A stretch of DNA of 64,000 nt, from NCBI GenBank assembly GCA_026936335.1, contig JAPMXV010000062.1, positions 232,628 to 296,627 of the forward strand, in the 5' to 3' direction. This stretch comes from Mantamonas sphyraenae STR306. Its lineage: Eukaryota > Protista > CRuMs. A program made the translations under genes and the position numbers. This document shows, piece by piece, positions 43,801-54,765 of the stretch. Numbering within the stretch: position 1 is the stretch's first letter; the number at the start of each line of letters is the position of its first letter. Below the pieces are notes generated by a model. That model saw only the letters and a program-made list of their open reading frames with translations, was not told where the DNA came from and did no database searches.

Positions 43801-45605
43801 CGGGATGTGACGGGGTACCGAACAGTGGGTTGGTTCTCGACGCCTGTGATGTGTGTGGAGGGAACAATGCGACGTGCAAGGGATGTGATGGAGTGCCAAA
43901 CAGTGGGGTCAAGTATGACGCGTGCGGCGTGTGCGGTGGGAACAACGGGACGTGCAAGGGATGTGATGGAGTGCCGAACAGTGGGGTCAAGTATGACGCG
44001 TGCGGCGTGTGCGGAGGCAACAACGGAACATGTGGCAGCTGTGACGGGGTGCCGAACAGTGGAGCCAAGTACGACGCGTGCGGCGTGTGCGGAGGCAACA
44101 ACAGCACGTGCATGGGCTGTGACGGCGTCCTGTTTTCGGGCGTGAAGTACGACGCGTGCGGCGTGTGCGGAGGCAGCAGTGTGAACGAAACGGGATGTGG
44201 GTCGACGTTGGCCCCGTCGCTGTGCCAGTACTCCACGTGCGGCACATGTCTGGCAGACCTGGCATGTGGGTGGTGCTACGACGTCGACGGAGGCAACGGC
44301 AAGTGCATCCGAGGTGACGCCGTGGGACCCAGCCTTGGCGTGTGCTCAGACTATGCGTTTGAGCGATGTCGCACGGCCACTCCGACGACAATGGGCACGG
44401 TGCTGACTGTGGCCACAGCCGGAGCAGCGGGCGCTGCAGCGTTTGCCACGTTTAGCCCCGCGTCACCGCTCAGCGGCGTGGACAAGCAGGCCACCAACGC
44501 CATCGTGTGGGCCATGATCGAACACATGCAATTCATCACCGTCACCGCGCAACTGGGAGTGGAGTTTCCAACCTCCTACGTCGAGTTTGCCTCGTTCTTT
44601 TCCTTTGCCAACCTGCAGTTTGGCTACCCATGGATGGTCGAAGCTCAGGACGTGCTGTCTCAAAGTGCAACGCTGCAAAATGCGGCGTCCGCATCAAGGC
44701 GGTTGCTGAGCACATCCCAGTTTGCGCGTGCCATGGGCATGCCGGAGAACAAGTACTTCCCGAGCAACCTCTTCCTCGTGAGCGTGGCATGTTTGATCAT
44801 TCTGGCACTCGGGGGCGCTCTGTTGCTCCTACTGCCGCGCTGGATAGGCATGCTCCAGGAGAAGCGCGAGAGCGTCAAGGCCACTGTGCGCACCACCATG
44901 CTGCGCATCCTCATTCTGGCGCATCTGGGCCTGTGCATGTCCACGACACTGCACATGACCCTGATCGAGGAGGTGCAACAAGGGTCAGGGTCCTCCGTGC
45001 TCGTGTACGTCCTTGCCGTGTTGGTGCTCCTGCTCTACTGCCTGGGGCTGCCCGTGTACGTGTATCAATTTGTGTACCGTCGCGAGTACGTCCAGTTGTT
45101 GCGCAACGAGGTGCTGGACTCGTATGGTCCCATGTACGCAGAGTACAACGAGAAGGACCGGTACTTCCGCACCGTACTCCTCGCCAAGAGCCTGTTGAGT
45201 GCCTTTATCGTCAACTTGATGCGCACCGTGCCCTTGGGTCAAATCGTGACGCTGCTGTGCGTGCAGGCGTTGTTTGCCACACTTCTGGCTGTGCGCCGGC
45301 CCTTCAAGAACCCGCAGTTCTCGTGGATGTCTGTGGCCATCGCTGTGCTCAACCTGATGACGCTGTCCATGACGCTGGCGTTTGTCAACGGACAGCCAGC
45401 TGGCAGCGATACCAGCGAGGCCGTCTCTGTGACGATGATGGTGCTCAACCTGCTGGGCACGCTACTGATGATTGTGCTGTTTGTGCGGCGCTTTTTGGCC
45501 GCGCGCGCTGCAGCCAAGACGCGCAAGAGCCGCAGTCACTTGGAACTGGAACGATTGGGGCGCGAAGAGGAGGCCAAGGGCGAGAAGAAGCGCGGGAGGG
45601 TGTGA
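40818..45605 (+). CDS. Large surface protein: signal peptide, beta-rich ectodomain, Cys-rich repeats, PSI-like domain, multi-TM C-terminus
   Basis: 1623-aa ORF; G/T/V/N-rich ectodomain; 26-aa DACGVCGGNNGTCKGCDGVPNSGVVY repeats; CGTCLADLACGWC (PSI-like); HMQFITVTAQL...YGPMYAEY...RPFK multi-TM region. Confidence 0.85.
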   Translation: MSMRPRTRMDRHCAVVLVCAMAVFLAGHASGATVTLNSPNAEYVYLNSSAQWTPSKVPGPGDDVEVVITSTQSRVVLVMGNTTEVRSLRVRVGGSATTTQVFCTAALTVNTTVTVESLLEFRSETGCVAKWGSLHLNGTLRVVGDVTVIGAVTSSSVGALESLTSGAVVLNAGQGTPTHHIAWLRLGGTAALRFSADVNVTGNLTMGGASELNGQVSTPKPTVSVYGALDVTTDTGGTGSSLITAVMQLYGASTLQCLTTLGMTVDSVDLYVHKTLDIVIGSTGNSINVGTGMKLFVLNGAVTTLNHLGTGQKTLTSVGEQTEVVINGTFVLKPESQGTLDFNVRSMTVYGTLVVGSGELKLSIKRPFSGSPGTLTTYPGSEIRMGSSTARLIVARSGAAGSVNPVNRLYGGRLDGLLFDGEPMTNEFNVDEADPFVKYLGITNAASFSVKRNMTVGTLELSTSGGNAPADVTVDSGLSLRVNTSLRWDAADVKGSTGSQFLVDCNSTVQFRGEFGSKPGLTSIELVNNGYMKVQLLTDLMTWNLNSAASVMNKGTAEVETSGNEFTLWQGGTVENLGTVLLNSRVTFKSSVFTNRGLLAFVDNKAHVMETTTHNYGRLYMGGGSTVLTLKLSSYNGYNGSVIEFEHGAKLQGQGEPAFTNPVGSTVKGVGTFQNLRVTNLGVMQGPALTVSSNFTQGSTGRTVVGAVAGQGQALSAACVALGGVLEVTGVAGCPEPSAVFNAVGSRLNCVSGQYASLAYANGSVQVSVNGSGAVLFSLPDSSCLPRDCNGTVYGTVQLDVCGVCGGNNGTCKGCDGVPNSGVVYDACGVCGGNNGTCKGCDGVPNSGVVYDACGVCGGNNGTCKGCDGVPNSGVVYDACGVCGGNNGTCKGCDGVPNSGVVYDACGVCGGNNGTCKGCDGVPNSGVVYDACGVCGGNNGTCTGCDGVPNSGVVLDACDVCGGNNTTCTGCDGVPNSGVKYDACGVCGGNNGTCTGCDGVPNSGLVLDACDVCGGNNATCKGCDGVPNSGVKYDACGVCGGNNGTCKGCDGVPNSGVKYDACGVCGGNNGTCGSCDGVPNSGAKYDACGVCGGNNSTCMGCDGVLFSGVKYDACGVCGGSSVNETGCGSTLAPSLCQYSTCGTCLADLACGWCYDVDGGNGKCIRGDAVGPSLGVCSDYAFERCRTATPTTMGTVLTVATAGAAGAAAFATFSPASPLSGVDKQATNAIVWAMIEHMQFITVTAQLGVEFPTSYVEFASFFSFANLQFGYPWMVEAQDVLSQSATLQNAASASRRLLSTSQFARAMGMPENKYFPSNLFLVSVACLIILALGGALLLLLPRWIGMLQEKRESVKATVRTTMLRILILAHLGLCMSTTLHMTLIEEVQQGSGSSVLVYVLAVLVLLLYCLGLPVYVYQFVYRREYVQLLRNEVLDSYGPMYAEYNEKDRYFRTVLLAKSLLSAFIVNLMRTVPLGQIVTLLCVQALFATLLAVRRPFKNPQFSWMSVAIAVLNLMTLSMTLAFVNGQPAGSDTSEAVSVTMMVLNLLGTLLMIVLFVRRFLAARAAAKTRKSRSHLELERLGREEEAKGEKKRGRV
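43215..44180 (+). repeat. 78-bp coding tandem repeat, about 12 copies
   Basis: GACGCGTG(T/C)GGCGTGTGTGGAGGGAACAA...CCAAACAGTGGGG repeated at a 78-bp period. Confidence 0.95.
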
Positions 45606-45649
45606 AGAGGGAAGAGGGTGGAGGGTGGAATGGAACAATGGAACAATCG

Positions 45650-47715
45650 TCACTTCTTGCTGGCCATGCGTGCCGCGCGATCGGCAGCCATCTTGGCAGC
45701 CATGGCGGCCATCGACATCTGCTGCGGGGCGTTGGAGTTGCTTGCAGTCGAGTTTGAGTTTGAGTTGGCAGAGGGCTTGGGACGCGGCGAGGTCTTCTTC
45801 AGCTTCTTGCCCTCGCGGATGGCCGACAGGAGGTCGCCTCGGCCCGGGGATGACTTTGGCAGGGAGGTTGAGGTTGTGCTAGTGTTTGCGTTTGATGACA
45901 TCTTGGGCGCTGGAGGCGGTGGAGGGGGCGGACCGCCACTGCCAGAGGCCTTTGGCGGAGGAGGCGGTGGGGGAGGAACCATGCCCTGCGAGGCAGGCTT
46001 GGCAGACGGAGCGGCCTTGGCAGAGGCCAACTCCTTCTCCAAAGCAGCTACTCGCGCCTCGGCACGCTCTGCGCGTGCCAGCGCTTCCTGCAGCTGTTGG
46101 CGTAGCGAGTCCACCTCAGCCGCGGTAGCGGTGGTTGTGGTGGTGGACATCGTGATGGGTTCACGGACAGGTTTGTGCTCAGGCTCTGGTTCTGGCTCTG
46201 GTTCAGGCTCGGGTGGGACCTGGACGGGCGACAGGGCAGCCCGTGACTGGCGCTGCTTGCGGACGCGCTCGGCCATCTCCAGGCGCTCGCGCTCGCGCGC
46301 AGCGTCTTGCTCAAGCTGTCGCTTGCGGCGTTCTTCGGCCTCGCGGTCGTGTTGCTGCTGCAACTCGGCAGCTTCCTGCTCGAGCTGAGCGAGGAGGTCG
46401 ATCTCTGGCGAGGACGGCACTGCGTCGTCGACCATCTGCGAGGCCTCTTGCCTTGCTTTGGCCTCTGCAGCGTCGTTGGTCATGGCCTGCTTGAGGAGGG
46501 ATTGCACGTCGTCGAGTTCCGAGGTGATGGCGCTGAGGTCGTCCAGGTTGACGGCCTGCAGGCTGCCACGGCCTCCGCGGGCTTTGCGGCGGTCGGCTTT
46601 GGCGTCTGCAGATTGAATTTGCTGCGTCTCTGGTTCGGGCTCGGGAGCGGGCGCGACGTACTCCTGCAGTTCCGAGACGCGGATGAGCTCGGGCTCCTGG
46701 TTGCTGCCGACCAGGAGAAGCGTGTCTGCGTCGAGGACACTGAGGGTGTGGCCTGCGCGGGGCTTGCCGACAGGCTGGTAGGCTGTCCAGGTGAGGGTGT
46801 TTGTGTCTAGGCCGTGGAAGGCGTTTGTGGGTTTGTCGTGCGCGTCGAGGCCGCCGTGGACGTAAATTGTGTCACCAAGAGCGGTCATGGCGTGCATGTA
46901 GCGTGCACCCGGGGCGTCGCCGAGCTGAGAGGCTGTGCTCCATTCCTTTTTGTCGTTGTTGAAGAGCATGAGGTCGTCGTAGGCCATGTCGAGGGCGGTG
47001 TCGTATCCGCCAAACACATACACCGTGGAACCAATGGCGACGGCCTGATGCAGGCCACGGGGTTGAGGAAGGTTTCCCGAGACCGACGGCACGGTCCAGA
47101 TGTTGCCTGTGGGGTTGAGGACGGCGTAGTCGTTGAGGGCCTGGTTGTTTTCGTCAATACCGCCAAAGAGATGGATTTTGTTGCCGACGGCGAACATGGT
47201 GTGGCCGTAGCGGGCACTAGGGACAGCGCCCAGGGAGCGAGGCTGGGAGAGGAAGGGCAAGGTAAGCACCGGGGAGAGGAGGGGGGGGGTGAGCGGGGGC
47301 AAGGAGAGAGGGCCCATGGATTTTGCACACGCACCTTTGTCCAGATTTTCTGGGCCACGTTCATTGCATAGAGGGTGGAGTTGAGCGAGCCGTCGGCGCC
47401 TTTGCCGCCAAACACAAAGAGCTTCTTGCCGATGCATTGGCCCGACTGGAAGCTGTACGGGGGCGGGGCTTTGCCGAGAGTTTTGATCGGGGTCAGCTCG
47501 CCCGAGTCTGTGTGGGATGCCGGAAGTGGTGGTGTGAGAGGGCTGGGAGAGGATGATACGGGTGGCGCGCGGGCGAGCGTACTGCTGACGGAGTAGGTGA
47601 CGACGGTGGCTGAATCGGAGGCAGACGGGTCCGCAAAGATGAGCAGGGAGGAGTCGGTGAGAGTGACGGCACAATGGCCGTAGAGGGAAGCCGAGGATGA
47701 GGAGGAGGTGGACAT
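45650..47715 (-). CDS. Kelch-repeat protein with coiled coil, polyproline and C-terminal WH2 motif
   Basis: Kelch blades (RYGHT...LFGG, RGLHQ...VFGG, RYMHA...VHGG); PPPPPPP tracts; GRGDLLSAIREGKKLKKT (WH2); intron ~47334-47244. Confidence 0.82.
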
Positions 47716-47742
47716 GGTGGGGAGTGGGGTTGGATTGGGTCG

Positions 47743-48819
47743 TCACGGGAAAACGCTCAGCCAACGCAGCACGCGGAACATGACCTCGTCCGGGAGGGTG
47801 GACCACTCAGCTGTGGGTTTGTAGGAGGCCATGTCGCCTGCCTCGAAAAGGAGATCTCGTTCTTCGAGGTTCATGGCCATGGCAGCCTCGACCATGATGT
47901 CGAGCCTGGGTTCCCACAGCCAGTGAGACACGGGCTCCCATTCGCGCTGGCGCGCTATTGTGCGTGCACTTTGCTTGGCATTCATCGGAGGGGCCAGGGC
48001 CGGGTTTGCGCCGCGCCAGCGAAGGAGTTGCACGAGCTCGTGGTTGCTGGTGTCGAGCGCCGCCATCAGCGGTGTTGCTTTCTGATCGGGGCACGCGTCC
48101 ACGTTGACACCGTCATCCAGCAATTGTTCCACAGTGTCTATATCCCCCTTGGTCACAGCTTTTTGCAAACCCTTTGCCCGCTGCTTGTTCTTGAGAAGGT
48201 TGCGGCGACCTTCATCAGGAATTTCGCCATCCAGAAGCCACAGCGATTTGCTCGCAGTGGCCGCCTCGCCAAGGGCGGTGCGGCCGAGGTTGGAGACCTT
48301 GTTGCCAGAGATCCAAATGCCCTGGAGCTTTGTGGTGTTTGTCTTGATGGCCTCGCCGAGCATCATGGCGCCGACGTCGCCGATTTGGTTGTCTCGTAGA
48401 TCCACAAACTGCATCGCGCAGCCTGTGGCGAGGACGTCGGCGAGGACGCATGCACCCTCGTCGCCGACTCTGTTGTGTCGTAGTTCAAGTTTGACGAGGG
48501 AGCTGGTGGGCGAGGAGAGCGCTGCAAGGCCAGCGTCGGCGACGTCGCAGAAGTTGAGCGCCATGCTGACAATGGACGAGGCTTGGGCAAGGTCAACCAC
48601 GGCGTCGTCGTCCACGGCACGGTTGTGGGAGAGGTCGAGGGTGGTGACTTTGCTGGAGGGAGAGGAGAGGGCTGTGGAGATGGCACGGAGGTGGGACTGG
48701 AGCAGCTCGACGTCGCGCAGTTGGAGCCCAGTGCTGTCACCGAGGAGTTGGGTGAGTTTGGACGACTGGATGCCCCAGAAGGTGGCGTGGAAGGAGTCTT
48801 TGTCGGTGAAGGTGAGCAT
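47743..48819 (-). CDS. RI-type LRR (~6), ankyrin repeat and C-terminal F-box-like motif; divergent family member
   Basis: LDLSHNR, LELRHNRVGDEGA, VDLRDNQIGDVGA; ankyrin TPLMAALDTSNHELVQLLRWRGANP; C-terminal EAAMAMNLEER...EWSTLPDEVMFRVLRWL. Confidence 0.8.
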   Translation of the reverse strand: MLTFTDKDSFHATFWGIQSSKLTQLLGDSTGLQLRDVELLQSHLRAISTALSSPSSKVTTLDLSHNRAVDDDAVVDLAQASSIVSMALNFCDVADAGLAALSSPTSSLVKLELRHNRVGDEGACVLADVLATGCAMQFVDLRDNQIGDVGAMMLGEAIKTNTTKLQGIWISGNKVSNLGRTALGEAATASKSLWLLDGEIPDEGRRNLLKNKQRAKGLQKAVTKGDIDTVEQLLDDGVNVDACPDQKATPLMAALDTSNHELVQLLRWRGANPALAPPMNAKQSARTIARQREWEPVSHWLWEPRLDIMVEAAMAMNLEERDLLFEAGDMASYKPTAEWSTLPDEVMFRVLRWLSVFP

Positions 48820-48853
48820 TGGGTTGGCCGCGGCGCGCCAACCCCACAAAAGA

Positions 48854-51800
48854 ATGACTCACCTCGCATTCACCCTACTCACCCTCCTCTCCCTCCTTAC
48901 TCTCACCGCCATTGCCACCGACCCTCCCACCATCACCTCTGTCTCCCCGTCCATCATTGCTGCTTCGTCGAACAAATTCACCACGCTCACTCTTCCCGTC
49001 AAGCGCCCCCTGCCGTGCATCAGCGCCTCTCCACGCACCCTGTGCCTCGAGGCACCGCTTGCTCAATGCGTTACAGCAACGTTTCAAGGAGTCGCCTTTG
49101 CTGCCACCCTTGCTCCTATGCCGGTTGCCTCGATCACCACCGTCGCGTTTTCCATTCTCCCAGCCACGGGCGCGTGCAACGTGTCGGTTGCCCCCACCGT
49201 CAACATCACGTACTACCCACCTCCATTCATCAACGCAGTTCCTGGTGCCAAAGATGGCCAGCTCATCCTCACTCGCCAGGCTGGCCGCTTCACAGTCTTT
49301 GGGCAGAATCTGCAGCCCCTCGCCCAATCCCACCCGCGCACGCGGTTCGTCTTTTCGTCGGGGCTCGTACACGCCTTCCAGGACAGAGAGTGCGCCGAAC
49401 TACCCACTCAACTTTTGTGCGACTATGCGCCCCTGCCCAGTGTGGGCACAGCGCGCCTGGACTACAGCGTGGACAACGGGGAAACCTGGTTCTCGCCAAC
49501 ACCAGCCATCAGCTTCCTCATCATCAACAACCGCTCTCCACTCTGTGACGCGAGGGTAGAGCCAGAGGCCTCTGTTGAACTACGCAAGGAGCGCAACCTC
49601 GTCTACCGCCTGAACAACATGCTCCAGGGGAATCCCGAACGGATCCTCTCCCTCTCCCCTCACCTGGCTCCCTCTGGCCATGGCCCCGCAGACATCACCG
49701 ATGGTGACAACTGCTGCCCCTTCAACCAACCCGACTGTGGCATCGCCCTTCTCGCTGGCCAAGGAGACGCCGTCGTTGACATGCTCTCCCTCGCCCACGC
49801 CGCTGTCCGCCTTGAACAGGTTGTCACCTCCTGGCGCGCTCCGTGCAACTACCGTCCTGTCAATTATCTCCTTGAGGGCTACAACCCGTACAGCCGCTCT
49901 TGGGTCCCGCTGCAGGGGAGACGCCTGTGCACCACCGTCATTGGCGGCGTCTCTGATTTTGCCATCTGCACAGACACCCTTCGCCCCGTCACCGGTCAGC
50001 GCCTTCGCATACGAATTCCAGACGGCACCCAAACCCCTGCATCCTCCCAGAACACCACCCTTTACTGGCTGGCTGAGGTCCAGGTCCGAGCCCAGCCCAT
50101 CAACCAACCCTTTTACGCGCGTGCTTGGTGGTGTGACGTCGGAGAACACGCCGTTGCTGAAGGAAGGATCACTTCCATCCCCAGTGGCGACCCAGCCTGG
50201 ATGGCTCCTGTCTGTGTCCGTGCATTGACCGTCAACGAAGACCCTGTTGCTGCAGCCGGTGTGCCCTTTGTCGCCACAATCCTCGTCAAGTCTCCGGACA
50301 AAACCGATCTCACTTTCACCTACAGCTTTGTTTCCAATGGCTCAGGCATTGCGGTCCTCACATCCGTCCCGCTGCCCCCGGGGATGCTTGCTGGTCGATC
50401 CTCCGTGCGTGTTGACGTCGTCCTTGGGCCCACCACAGTCGCCAACCTCACTACACCCATCCCACCCCAGTCGCTCCTCGCCAGTATTACTGCCGGCACT
50501 CCGAAAATCCTTCTCGTCGACCCACAGCGCCGTGGCGGGACAAGCGACCCATTCCTCGTTACTGGCCGACTCGTTGTTACTGCAGCCCGCACCGTCCCAA
50601 TGCCCAACCAGCGTCTACGACTCTCCTTTTTACGACGTGGGAAGGAATGCTCTGCCATCTGGTTCCATCAATCCACTGTCGGTCAACGTCACCTGGAACG
50701 GAAAGGTGATCGCAACAGACCGAGCCACCTCCACCCCATTCCACGTTGATGGACTCATCCTCCACTCCCCATCTGCGGGTACCTCCCTTGTTGTCGTCAA
50801 TGCTGGGCCCATGCAGGCCACCACCACCCTCCTCGTCCTCCCTGGCCCTGTCGTCTCCATGCGCATCGTGTGGACCACAAACGCAACCCTTCCATCAGCA
50901 TCCACCCTCCAACTGCCTAGCGTGCGCGTCTTCCTCCACGACTCCGTCGACAACCTCGTGCCTGGCAGTGGCAAAATGACCCTACAGGCCCGTGTGGACG
51001 CTATCGAGTTGCCGGCGCTCAGTTGTGCATGGTTCAACCCCTCGCAAAGTTGGCTTGGCCAACCTGCACCTCTCCACACGACTCTGTCACGTGGCACGCA
51101 CACATTTACAGCGACAACCAGCGAAGATGCTACCGGTATCCTGTCCTTTTCGGTGGTTGCCGGAGAGGCCACCTCTCTCGTCTCCTCCACCACCTCCTTG
51201 ACCCTGCCGACCGCCCACCACGCGCCCCTCCCTGCCATTGACGTTTGGACGCATGATCTGGGGCAGGGAAACACCACTCACATGCGCACACACCTGAGCG
51301 TCACCCTCGTCCAATGCGACGGACTCTTCCTCACCAACCGCACTTGGCAATTTGGACCCGGCCTCACCCTCTCCCTCACAGGCGTCGAGTTGGCCAAACC
51401 CAGTGTTGGCTCCCTCTGTCTCCGTATCGTCGCCGAGCCCCTTCAACCATGGGTCTTTTCCGTCAACATCGTCCCTGGCGATGCCATTGCAGGCCGGCTG
51501 AACTGCACCGAGCGAATCCGCTCCGCTTCTGTCCTTCCACTCCCATGCACCCTCCTCCTCCTGGATGCCAGTGGCTCCCTTGCTGGGACTTGGTGTCCTC
51601 ACGCAACCAATCTTCACGTCACTGTGTCTCTGACCCGCATTGGCCTCCCTGTCGCTGTGCAAAACGCCTCCCTCACCGTACCCGCCGTCGGGTCTCGCCG
51701 CCTGCCTCTTACTGCCACCGTACTCCCTGCTCCGGCCACGGGCAAGATTCACGTCGACGTGCAAGCCTATTGGGTCCCTTCCACGGATTCGCTCCCCGTT

Positions 51801-54017
51801 CAACCTTCTGACCTCGAGGTCATCGCCGGTCAGCCGTCTGTGGCCGTTGTCGAAAACTCCGACGCCTACGTTGCCCTCAACCCTGCTGCCCTGCCCAACG
51901 TCCACCTCAGCTTGCGCGACGTGGCCCAAAACTCCGTCCCCTGTGCCCTTCTTCCCGCACAGGGCGCTCAAGTCCGCGCAACCATCGAGTTTGGGCCTGG
52001 CCTCGTCCAGCTCATGGGCACGCACGCCACCGCCCCAGCAGATCTTGGTTCACGCTGCATCGTCCAACTTGGACAGGACAGCAACACAGTGACACCTGCC
52101 CTGCGCTTGGATTCCATCTACGCCAACGTGTCGGTTTCCGTCTCGGTCCATTCCAGCCTGCCGATCGTCCACGTGCAACTCGACGTACGCACACAATCAT
52201 GCGTCGACCATTTTTCTCCATCTTTTGTGCCCTACAACGGCACCGACGCAGTACTAGGCTGCGGCTGTGACATGGGTCTGCACTACGACCGTACCCAAGC
52301 CTCCTGCGTCCCGTGTGACGTAAACACGTTCTCTCACACCGCCAACATGGCCCTTCAGTGTGTAGAGTGTCCGTATGGCACCACACGCGGCAAGACGGCC
52401 TCAACAGGCGTGCGGGAGTGTGTGTGCGACAGTTCACAGTACTTTGACGGCACCACCTGCCAGGGCTGCCCCAACAACTTTCACTGCGACGGCGTCTCAT
52501 TCCGCGTCAACGCAGGCTTCTTTCAGAACGAGGTCGATCCAACGCGAGCATACGCCTGCCCCATTGATGGTGCCTGTGCAAAGGGGGGTGGGTGTGCGAC
52601 CGGGTATACAGGGCCCCTCTGCAGCCAATGCGCTCCTGGATATGGACAGACCCAGGGTGAGTGTGTCCAATGTGGTGAAATGGGTGGCCAGATTGCCCTC
52701 GTTGTCCTCGGTTCTGTCGGCGCTTTGGTCTTTGTCACTCTGTTTCTCAACGCGTACTTGAAGAGCAAGCCTGTCGGAGAATGGGCAACACGCACGGGTG
52801 TCGACCGCTCTCTGCGTGCGGTTCCTCCTGTGCTCCTCCTCAAGCAGGGTGTGACACACGTCCAGATGCTCTCTGTGTTCAACGCCATCGAGATCCCTTT
52901 TTCAGCAGACGCGAAGGCGATGTTTTCGCTGGCCAACAGCTCCAACCTTGCCCTGGAGACGTCTCCCATCAATTGTTCGCTAGGAAACCCACTTCTCACC
53001 AGCAAGTTCTTCAGCTATGCCATGCTGCCTCTGGTGGCCATGGTGGCCGCCATCGCCTTGCGTGTTCGCCGTGTGCCGCTGTCGTTGATGTGGACGCAGC
53101 TTAAGGTCCGTGTGATGCCTACAGTACGCATGATGGCCTTTTTGATTCACCTGCTGGTCCTGCGCACAAGCCTTGAAGTGCTCAGCGGCTGCCAGCAAGT
53201 CGGACGCCAACGTGTCCTCCTGTACGACACACGCCTCGATTGCACCCTTTCGTCTTTCAAGGCCACGCAGGTGCTCGTGGGCATGGTGGCACTTCTCGAA
53301 TGTGTTGTTGTGCCCCTCTGGGTCGCCTTCCAGCTGTCTCTACTCGCACGTCGGGGAAAGCTCGGCGAACAGCAGGTCTGGGATCGCTATCACTTCTTTT
53401 ACGACTCTTATCTGCCCAATCGCCATTGGTATGATTTTGTGGTCCTCGCACGCAAGGGCTTCCTGGTCTGTGTCGCTGTTCTCTTTGCCAACCAGCCGCT
53501 CGTTCAGCTGTACGCAGGCAGCAGCCTCCTTCTCCTTGCCCTGGTCGTCCAGCAGTGGCTCTCTCCGTTTCGGTATTGGCTACTCACTCTCATGGAGAAC
53601 CTGAGTTTGATGGTGACGCTCGGGACCATGCAGGCCGGCATGCTGGCTCTAAAATCTTCCTCCTCGGAACCTGGCAGCCTCGACACCTCGGTGCACACCA
53701 GCAGCACTGTCATGGTTGTTCTAAACATCCTCTTTCTCACCGCCGTAGCCGTGATGTTCATGGTGGTCGTATTTATCCGCGGCAAGGAGAAAGTTGCCGA
53801 GGTTCGCAGCGACAAGATCCAGGACGAACTCAATTGGGGAACCAAGCCCTCCACCACCGCTCGCCAAGCCCCCACGGGCTCCTTTCGTGAGCTTGGTGGC
53901 GTGATCGACTCTGCCTCTCCTTCCTTCTCCTGGCCCTGGACGCGTGCTGCGACAAAGGCCTCGAGCACGGAGATGGACGCAATTGACCCTGCCTCTCTGC
54001 TCTCTGACCACGACTAG
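48854..54017 (+). CDS. Large surface protein: signal peptide, Ig/IPT-like beta domains, Cys-rich repeats, multi-TM C-terminus (frameshift near 50630)
   Basis: MTHLAFTLLTLLSLLTLTAIA signal peptide; PTITSVSP; CVPCDVNTF...CVECPYG, GYTGPLCSQCAPGY; HVQMLS...WYDFVVLARK...SPFR multi-TM. The two ORFs join at a T5 run (50627-50631). Confidence 0.82.
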
Positions 54018-54319
54018 TTGTGCGTCTCCACCACCGAGAACAACGCCCAGAAACACATAGAATAATCAACAAGACATGATATCACTCATCTGTGGGTTCA
54101 TTGTGATGACAGAGATGTTCACACCCCGGTTTGGCGTGTGTCCATGGCTGTGCTCCAGCCGCCAATCCTTCCCACCCCCCTCGGTTTCCACGCGTACTGA
54201 AAGAAGCTGCCCGAACTCAATACAATGGTAACAATCAATCCTTGCGAACAATCCATTGTGTGGACGAGAAGGGATGACAAGCAGGTGTGAAGGACAAGGC
54301 ACACAGGACGCACCGTAAG

Positions 54320-54481
54320 GCGATGGAGGTGGCATTGGTGATGAATGGGGAGGAGAGGGAGGTGATGTTTGCGTGTGGTGGGATGGAGGCGTATGTGGAG
54401 AGAGGAGGGTGGGAAGGGTGGGCGACAATGCCAGATGAGGTGATGGAGAGGGTGATTGGGTGGGTGGGGGGGTTTGGTTGA
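54320..54481 (+). pseudogene. Orphan 3' fragment (F-box-like module) of the LRR-ANK-F-box family
   Basis: AMEVALVMNGEEREVMFACGGMEAYVERGGWEGWATMPDEVMERVIGWVG is nearly identical to 56660-56812 and 60932-61084, with no LRRs upstream. Confidence 0.75.
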
Positions 54482-54765
54482 ACGTAGTGGTGTTAAATGA
54501 GGGGGGGCAGTTTGTGAGCAGTGTTTGGGGGTGTGTGTTGTGAAGGCGGGATGTGAAGGCGGGGAAGAAGAGGCCGAGTGCTGCCTGTCCTTTGTGCGGG
54601 GGTGCATCCAACGCATATTGCACACACACACACTTTAGAACAGTCATAGGGTAGGGAAGGGTGGGGGTATCGAGGGCTTGTGCACGTGTGTGTGGGTGGT
54701 ATGGAGAGAGTCACGGGGGACGGAAGGAATCAGGACGGCGCTGACCATGGGCTATCGCAGGGAAC

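Noticed and set aside
42947-44245. 432-aa His/Pro-rich antisense ORF and CRISPR-like periodicity
   Set aside because: Mirror of the 78-bp coding repeat; no unique spacers or cas genes, and the context is eukaryotic.
48104-48853. N-terminal 250 aa of the 881-aa plus-strand ORF
   Set aside because: Antisense to the LRR-ANK-F-box gene; the likely start is the signal-peptide ATG at 48854.
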